A stretch of 64,000 bases of DNA, taken from the NCBI GenBank assembly GCA_050633305.1, contig JBOEGF010000014.1, positions 96,001-160,000 on the forward strand. The letters run 5' to 3'. Positions 58,384 through 64,000 of the stretch are shown piece by piece. Within the stretch, counting starts at the first letter, position 1. Every line of letters begins with the position of its first letter. The translations under genes and the position numbers were made by a program. This stretch comes from Nannocystales bacterium (GTDB lineage Bacteria > Myxococcota_A > Polyangia > Nannocystales > Nannocystaceae). The notes beneath the pieces were generated by a model. The model saw nothing but the letters and a program-made list of their open reading frames with translations. It ran no database searches and had not been told where the DNA came from.

Positions 58384-58893
58384 ATGGCTTTGGTAGCGTG
58401 CTCATCTTGTTCTGTCTACGTCCGGCGTGACGAGTCTGGTTGCCCCAACTGCGGTGCCGATCTGAGCGGTGCCGGCGGTCCTGTCGTTCGTACCGCGGCG
58501 GCGGTGCTCATGGGACTGACGTTGGCGGGTTGCCCCGCGCCCGAGCCTGAGGATGAGGGCGCTTCGTCTTCAGCAACGGACACCAGCTCACAGACGGATT
58601 CGTCTTCGAGCACGACGGGTGTTTCGGGGACCACCAGCCCCGCCACGATGTCGTCGGGCTCTGCGTACGGGGTCCCGCCCACGCAGAGCGGCACCGGAGA
58701 AGAATCGGGTCCGCCCGATACCACCGGGCCAGGCACCGATGGCTCCACGGGCACCGACACCGACACCGACGCAAGCACGAGCACCGGCTCGGCGACCGAT
58801 ACTGACACGGGTACCACCGGTGGCACCGATTCAGCGACGGAGACCGGGAGCACGGGCATCAGCCCCGACTACGGCACCCCCCCGACGGGCTGA
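58384..58893 (+). CDS. Zn-ribbon/lipobox/YGxP-motif protein, array copy 3
   Basis: CSSC-x10-CPNC, then RTAAAVLMGLTLAGC, with SAYGVP and ISPDYGTPPTG. Confidence 0.82.
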   Translation: MALVACSSCSVYVRRDESGCPNCGADLSGAGGPVVRTAAAVLMGLTLAGCPAPEPEDEGASSSATDTSSQTDSSSSTTGVSGTTSPATMSSGSAYGVPPTQSGTGEESGPPDTTGPGTDGSTGTDTDTDASTSTGSATDTDTGTTGGTDSATETGSTGISPDYGTPPTG

Positions 58894-58916
58894 GCGGGGA
58901 TGCGATAGTCTCGGGC

Positions 58917-59372
58917 ATGGCTGGCCCACTTATCGTTTGCCCCTCTTGTTCCACGCACGTTTTGGTTCGTGACGCCGGATGTCCGCACTGCGGCGCGACC
59001 GTGCGCAGTGGTGGTCAGGTGCTCGGTCGTACCGCGGGGGCGATGCTCATGGGGCTGACGCTCGCCGGGTGTCCCGCATCCGACGACACGAGCGAGACGA
59101 TGGGCAACGGGGAAACCAGCACCACCAGCACGCAGCCGACCTCGTCCACAACGGACGACAGCGGCAGTACGAGCACGTTTGATGTCAGTAGTGGGCCCGT
59201 GGGCGAAGCCTACGGAAACCCCGACACCTCCGATACGCTGGGGACCAGCTCAGGCGGCGACACCGACGGGACCAGCTCGGGTTCGAGCGGTTCCAGCAGC
59301 GGCAGTGGCTCGGACAGTGGGTCCAGTACCGGGATCAGCCCGGACTACGGCGTGCCGACCACTGGTAAGTAG
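58917..59372 (+). CDS. Zn-ribbon/lipobox/YGxP-motif protein, array copy 4
   Basis: CPSC-x10-CPHC, then RTAGAMLMGLTLAGC, with EAYGNP and ISPDYGVPTTG. Confidence 0.82.
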   Translation: MAGPLIVCPSCSTHVLVRDAGCPHCGATVRSGGQVLGRTAGAMLMGLTLAGCPASDDTSETMGNGETSTTSTQPTSSTTDDSGSTSTFDVSSGPVGEAYGNPDTSDTLGTSSGGDTDGTSSGSSGSSSGSGSDSGSSTGISPDYGVPTTGK

Positions 59373-59443
59373 GCCTTCCTCCCTACCGTCTAGGTCCGTC
59401 GTGGGCTGGTGCTTGGCATCGGCTCCATGCGACCCTCCTACCC

Positions 59444-59950
59444 ATGGCTGGCCCTCTCATTGTTTGCGCTGCTTGCTCGTCCCATGTCCTGACTTCCGAC
59501 AAGGCCTGCCCGCATTGCGGAGCGGCGGTCCACGATGGCAAGGGGCAGGTCTTGGGGCGCACCGCAGCGGCAGTACTCATGGGGCTTGCGCTCGCGGGTT
59601 GCCCAGCGGATGACGACTCGGGCGATTCGATGGGCGGTGGGGACTCGTCATCCTCCGCGAGCACCGACCCTGGGAGTTCGGGGCCCAGCGAGGGAAGCAG
59701 CAGCACCGCTTCGTCGACCACCGCCGGATCGACGGCCGACACCTTCGCTGAGTCGGGTGCGCAGTCAGCCTACGGTACGCCAGACACCGAGACGTTCGGC
59801 ACGACCGACATGACCGAGTCGGACACGACCAGCTCGGGCGGCGACACCGACACCGACACCGACGCCGGAACTGACACCGAAGCGGGCGGCACGGACCCAG
59901 GCACGACCACGACCGCTCCGCTGTACGGCGCCGCGCCCAGCGACGAGTAG
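59444..59950 (+). CDS. Zn-ribbon/lipobox/YGxP-motif protein, array copy 5
   Basis: CAAC-x10-CPHC, then RTAAAVLMGLALAGC, with SAYGTP and PLYGAAP. Confidence 0.82.
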   Translation: MAGPLIVCAACSSHVLTSDKACPHCGAAVHDGKGQVLGRTAAAVLMGLALAGCPADDDSGDSMGGGDSSSSASTDPGSSGPSEGSSSTASSTTAGSTADTFAESGAQSAYGTPDTETFGTTDMTESDTTSSGGDTDTDTDAGTDTEAGGTDPGTTTTAPLYGAAPSDE

Positions 59951-59952
59951 CC

Positions 59953-60477
59953 TTGTCTAATCCGAGTTCTCAGGACGAGATCAATCCGTACGCTCCGCCG
60001 GGCATGCCGGAGCGTACGGCACAGACGTTGACCGACAAGGAGAGCAACGCGCTTCGAACGGCGGGGAGAGGCCGCGCGGCGACGCTCAAGGCCGTCGCCG
60101 TACTCCACTATGCCAAAGCCGTCGCATTGCTGTTGACCTCTATCGGTGGCTTTTCCACGGTCATTCGAGGGCAGTATGCGATTGGCGCCATCATGATCGC
60201 AACGGGGTTTGGGCTCGCACTCATTCCGTTTCTTGCGGCGCGCTGGCTGTTTCGCCTGCGCCCGAAGGGCCGGATCATCGCGACCGCGTTGGCTGCAGTC
60301 GAATTCGCGGCACTGGTCTGGCGGGCCGTGGCGGCGCCAGCAAGCGAGTCGATGGCAGAGACTGGGGCCAGCACGGTCGTTGGTGCCTTGTTCGTGCTCG
60401 CGGTCCTTTGGGTGCTGTGGAGCCCGCCTTCGGCGACGGTGTTTAGCCAGCGCTTCCGCGATGCAGCGATGCCGTGA
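59953..60477 (+). CDS. Hypothetical membrane protein (about 4 TM)
   Basis: N-terminal NPYAPP motif and four hydrophobic helices. Starts 2 nt after array copy 5. Confidence 0.7.
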   Translation: MSNPSSQDEINPYAPPGMPERTAQTLTDKESNALRTAGRGRAATLKAVAVLHYAKAVALLLTSIGGFSTVIRGQYAIGAIMIATGFGLALIPFLAARWLFRLRPKGRIIATALAAVEFAALVWRAVAAPASESMAETGASTVVGALFVLAVLWVLWSPPSATVFSQRFRDAAMP

Positions 60478-60546
60478 CGAACACGCGCGGACGGTCGCGT
60501 TACGTCGGGAACGTACCGCTGCAGCGGTGGCTTGCCGTAGTCTGCT

Positions 60547-61062
60547 CTAGTCGTTGATGGTGACTTTGACCATCTTCACGGGCGTTCGGGGTCGGTCGTT
60601 GCCGTCGGTCGATGTCGTGCCGATGCTGTTGACGACGTCCATCCCGCTGACGATCTTGCCGAACACCGGGTGCTTGGAGTTGCCCGGGGTGAAGAAGTCC
60701 AAGAAGTCGTTGTGCTTAGTGTTGATGAAGAACTGGGAGCTGCCGCTCCCGGGTCGGCCGGTGTTGGCCATCGACAGGGTGCCGACTTCGTTGGAGAGCT
60801 TGTGTTCGGCGGGATGCTCATCGGGGATGCATCCATCGGGGCCGTCGCCAGTCCCGGCACGAGACGAGTTGGGGTCGCGGCTGTGGGGGCAGCCGAACTG
60901 AATCATGAATCCGTCGATGACCCGGTGGAAGTGCAGTCCGTCGTAGAAGCCGCTCTTCGCGAGTTTCACGAAGTTGGAGGCCGTGATCGGCATCTCGTCG
61001 GTGAACAGCTCCACTTCGAAGGAGCCCATGGACGTTTCCAAGGTGGCGGTGGGATTGGCCAT
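60547..61062 (-). CDS. Cyclophilin-type peptidyl-prolyl cis-trans isomerase
   Basis: [32 protein letters not shown] and HPVFG. Confidence 0.93.
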   Translation of the reverse strand: MANPTATLETSMGSFEVELFTDEMPITASNFVKLAKSGFYDGLHFHRVIDGFMIQFGCPHSRDPNSSRAGTGDGPDGCIPDEHPAEHKLSNEVGTLSMANTGRPGSGSSQFFINTKHNDFLDFFTPGNSKHPVFGKIVSGMDVVNSIGTTSTDGNDRPRTPVKMVKVTIND

Positions 61063-61111
61063 GCCGCACGAGTATCAAGCTCGCGGCGCGCCGTCACGGC
61101 CGGGCGCGCGT

Positions 61112-61711
61112 TCACGGAGACCAGCGGGCCACAAACTCACACCGATCGTGACCTTCGTAGCGACAGCGGACGTGTTCGACTGTCCCGCCGGTTCCTGACA
61201 GCTCGAGGCCGCGCTGTAGCCAGGGGCCGGGACCGTTCGCGCAGGTCAGCGCGCCAGCGGTCTGGGTCTCGTCGGCGCGGTCGGTGAGCCAGAGTCGCCA
61301 GTGCCCCGCGGCCTCCTGTTTTGCGCCGAAGACCCCGCTGTCGAAGTAGCGCTTCCACAAGAAGCCGGTGCGCTTGAGCATGAACTCGGGAGACCCGAGC
61401 TTGAGTACGATCCGCACCAGTGTGTTCAGCTCGCGTTCGCCGAGGTCGGCGCAGAACAGAGCCATACCTTCGTTGGGATCTGTGTACTGTTGGCTGAAGA
61501 AGTCGCGGACGATCGTGTTCCATGCTGCGATGGGCTGCCAGCTCGAGGCGAGGATGATGCCGTTGAAGAGCTCCTGTTCGCGCTCGCCAGTGCTGACGAG
61601 TGCTGCATCCCACGCGCCTTGGCCGTGCTTCTCCACCGCCCACCGCTCCAGGTGGTTGAAGAGCAACCCCTTGGCTCGGCCACCGGGGGCGTGGAGTTCG
61701 TCGCGGCTCAT
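61112..61711 (-). CDS. Myxobacterial H-NOX/V4R-like ligand-binding fold protein
   Basis: KGLLF..EKHGQGAW, ILASSWQP, WKRYFDSG and C-terminal CRYEGHDRCEFVARW. Confidence 0.65.
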   Translation of the reverse strand: MSRDELHAPGGRAKGLLFNHLERWAVEKHGQGAWDAALVSTGEREQELFNGIILASSWQPIAAWNTIVRDFFSQQYTDPNEGMALFCADLGERELNTLVRIVLKLGSPEFMLKRTGFLWKRYFDSGVFGAKQEAAGHWRLWLTDRADETQTAGALTCANGPGPWLQRGLELSGTGGTVEHVRCRYEGHDRCEFVARWSP

Positions 61712-61723
61712 GGGGGCACAGTC

Positions 61724-63166
61724 TCAGAACTGAACGCTGGATGCGATGCTATCCACCGGAACATAGGCAGGGACGCCCTGGGCCTCGAGTGTGGACTCCA
61801 GCGTGATGAGGTCGTTTCGAAGTTGGGTATTGGCTTGACGCAATCGGGGGCTGCTGAAGCCGTAGTCGATGTCCAAGAGCCTCTCGGTCACGTAGGGGCG
61901 AAAGAACATCAGCTTGCACATTCGGTAGTTGAAGTTGTCCCCCGAGGTCATGAGTGTACGCAGATCGGGGGCGTCTTGCTGGTCGAGGGAAGGGAGCGTT
62001 GTGTGCAACCGGAAGGGAACCTCGCGTTCGTTGACCGCTCCGTAGATGAAGTGGTCGGCCGAATGCGACACGGCGACGTCGAGCACGATGCTGGTGAGGG
62101 CGCGCGCCAGTGGGTCCGCGTCGTAGATTTGGGTGGCGTCGGGGAAACCCGGGAGCCAGCGTGCGCAATAGCCGGCCCAGCGAGACACCGCGTCGCTGGG
62201 TTGCGCGACGACCTCGTCGGCGACCTCGCGGATGAACTTCAGGAGGACTCGGTGGTAGTGCCCGAGGAAGTCGCCGTAGGGCGAGTGGATGACGGGGGCG
62301 TCGAGGTTGAGCTTGTAGGTTGGGTAGGCCTGGTTCGGTGTGCCGTCCGGGTGCTTGAAGCCGCGCCACAACGTGGCGACGACCTCGTCATGCTCCGCTT
62401 GGGTGCCCGGATAGGGGGAGTACAGCCGCCCCGGTTTGAGCACGGTCTGAGTGCCGTAGAGAACGGCGTAGTTGACCGCCAGTGCGAGTCGGAAATGTGG
62501 CCGTAGAAACTTGGAGAGCGTGCTGCTGGCGGGGAGCCTCGAGCGGGTGATCGCGTCCACGCAGTTGCTCGGAAAGTGCAGCTTCGGGTGCATGAGCAGG
62601 GTCGTGAGCACGCCCGCGCCCTGAAGTGCGAAGTACTTCGCGCGAGTCCACGCCCCTTCGTGGCTGGCATCGAAAACCTGGTCGTGGACCGCGATCGCGA
62701 CCAACTCGTAGGTGAGGTCCTCGCCGCGCCTGAAGAGCACGACACTGGGCGCCGTCGCACTGTCCGCGTCGCTTCGGATGAGGCGCATCGGCGTGAAATC
62801 ACTCTTGAACCATCCCGCACCATCCCCGAGGCCCGGACCCTTGTCGCCGCTGAGGTAGTCCGCAAACAGGGCGTTGTCGGGCGGGTCGAAGAGCGACTGC
62901 GGCGTGAGGAACTTCGAGAAAATGCCGTCGCAGAGGATCTCGCAGAACCGGATGTCGTCGACGGGCACGGCGCCGGGATTGCGGCGCGACCACAGCCACG
63001 TCGGGACCGTATCCAGGAGAACTTGTTTGATGTAGCGGCGTCCGACGTGCTTGTTCCAGTCCTTCTGCACGTCGTCGGGGACATGCAGCACCGCGGGTGC
63101 CGCGTCCTCGAAAAAGCGGGGCGCCGGCTGTGGCCACGGACCGAATCCCTCTGGTTGTTTCGCCAT
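61724..63166 (-). CDS. Compact, divergent lipoxygenase-like protein
   Basis: GGAGG RBS. Motifs WTRAK..MHPKLHF, KFLRPHF..AVN, SHSADHF and C-terminus IASSVQF. Confidence 0.72.
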   Translation of the reverse strand: MAKQPEGFGPWPQPAPRFFEDAAPAVLHVPDDVQKDWNKHVGRRYIKQVLLDTVPTWLWSRRNPGAVPVDDIRFCEILCDGIFSKFLTPQSLFDPPDNALFADYLSGDKGPGLGDGAGWFKSDFTPMRLIRSDADSATAPSVVLFRRGEDLTYELVAIAVHDQVFDASHEGAWTRAKYFALQGAGVLTTLLMHPKLHFPSNCVDAITRSRLPASSTLSKFLRPHFRLALAVNYAVLYGTQTVLKPGRLYSPYPGTQAEHDEVVATLWRGFKHPDGTPNQAYPTYKLNLDAPVIHSPYGDFLGHYHRVLLKFIREVADEVVAQPSDAVSRWAGYCARWLPGFPDATQIYDADPLARALTSIVLDVAVSHSADHFIYGAVNEREVPFRLHTTLPSLDQQDAPDLRTLMTSGDNFNYRMCKLMFFRPYVTERLLDIDYGFSSPRLRQANTQLRNDLITLESTLEAQGVPAYVPVDSIASSVQF

Positions 63167-63657
63167 CGCCGTCCCTCCTGGGTCGGTCACAACGATACCC
63201 CAACGAGGTGGGCGCGGCACAGGCGATCGTCGACGGTCGCTGGCCTCGGTTTCGGAGTCGGTGCAACGCTGCGTTCGATGGGCTTCCGCGGATCAACCGC
63301 GGGCGAGGGGGGGCCGTCGACGTCGGGGTCGACTCGCAGCCCCTTGCCCAGTTGGCGCCGGTGCCAACTGCCGAGCTGTCAACGGGGAACGGGCGGCGAC
63401 CTTGGCTCGCGGAAGCCCTCCCCGTACGCGCGGGGTGGCACAGGGGCGATGCCGCGACACTGCGGCACGCGGAACGACGCCGGGGAGGGCCGCTGCGTCG
63501 GCGTGAGTGCCGTGCCGCACAACCGACTCCGGGGACCGCCGCTGAGCCACCCAGGCAGGGATGCGTGAATCGGGCTCTCGCGGTCTCGCAGGGCATGTTG
63601 CGCACACGCGCGCTTCAAGGGGGTGAGGCCGCGGCGAGAGGGCTCTAGACTGACTCG

Positions 63658-64000
63658 ATGAGTCTCCCCGCGCCAGACATCAGGGCAACCGCGGCCGCAG
63701 AATTGTTGGGCCAGACCCTCTCGGGTCGTTTTCGGCTGGACTCGTTGCTCGGTCACGGCGCGATGGGAGCCGTGTTCAAAGCGCATCACCTCGGACTGCA
63801 CAAGGACGTTGCGCTCAAGCTCCTTCACCCCGAGCTCACGGCGAACGACGAGATGGTTGCGCGTTTCGATCGGGAGGCGGCCGCGGCGTCTCGCCTCGAC
63901 CATCCCAACTGCGTTCGCACGATGGACTTCGGGTCGACCGAGGACGGGCGCCGCTACCTCGTGATGGAGTTCCTCGAGGGGAAGGATCTGGCGGACATCG
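63658..64000 (+). CDS. Ser/Thr protein kinase (3' truncated by window edge; absent from the ORF track)
   Basis: Manual translation gives MSLPAP..RFRLDSLLGHGAMGAVFKA..DVALKLLHPE..RFDREAAAASRLDHPN..YLVMEFLEG. Confidence 0.88.
   Translation, partial: MSLPAPDIRATAAAELLGQTLSGRFRLDSLLGHGAMGAVFKAHHLGLHKDVALKLLHPELTANDEMVARFDREAAAASRLDHPNCVRTMDFGSTEDGRRYLVMEFLEGKDLADI

Noticed and set aside
57840..59372. Recurring atcag(t/c)cc(c/g)gactacgg DNA repeat at roughly 0.5-kb spacing, considered as a CRISPR or REP array
   Set aside because: It is the in-frame coding 3' end (ISPDYG) of paralogous genes, with synonymous variation. The spacers are far too long and there are no cas genes.
63167..63657. About 490-nt gap between the LOX-like gene and the kinase, containing several short ORFs
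   Set aside because: The ORFs are Arg/Pro/Ala-rich with no motifs, and I recognised no RNA family. Treated as a divergent regulatory region.

Overview
High-GC bacterial chromosomal segment that looks like a myxobacterium (Myxococcota, probably Nannocystaceae-like). The evidence is a MYXO-CTERM-type sorted protein, many lipoproteins with S/T/G/D-rich linkers, Hanks-type Ser/Thr kinases with TPRs, and FHA and vWA proteins. About 62 genes are densely packed. I saw no rRNA, tRNA, CRISPR array, integrase or transposase. The main finding is a tandem array of five paralogous small genes (57522-59950). Each encodes an N-terminal CxxC-x10-CPxC zinc ribbon, then an LAGC lipobox signal, then a disordered acidic S/T/G tail whose only tyrosines are two YG(x)P motifs. 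They are candidate RiPP-like or radical-SAM splicease-type substrates, but no maturase is in the window. Other findings: a compact, divergent lipoxygenase-like gene coupled to a V4R-like protein; a BPI/LBP-like lipoprotein next to a serpin lipoprotein; a somatomedin-B/GH75 chitosanase fusion; a two-kinase + ECF43-like sigma factor operon; a DEDDh/GIY-YIG fusion with all exonuclease motifs altered; a Cys-nucleophile hydrolase coupled to an SDR; an orphan SdhA/NadB-like flavoprotein; and a window-wide (TGn)TANNNT-N5-8-start signature suggesting many leaderless mRNAs. All calls come from motif recognition by eye; no database searches were run. Several start codons were re-chosen by hand relative to the ORF track.
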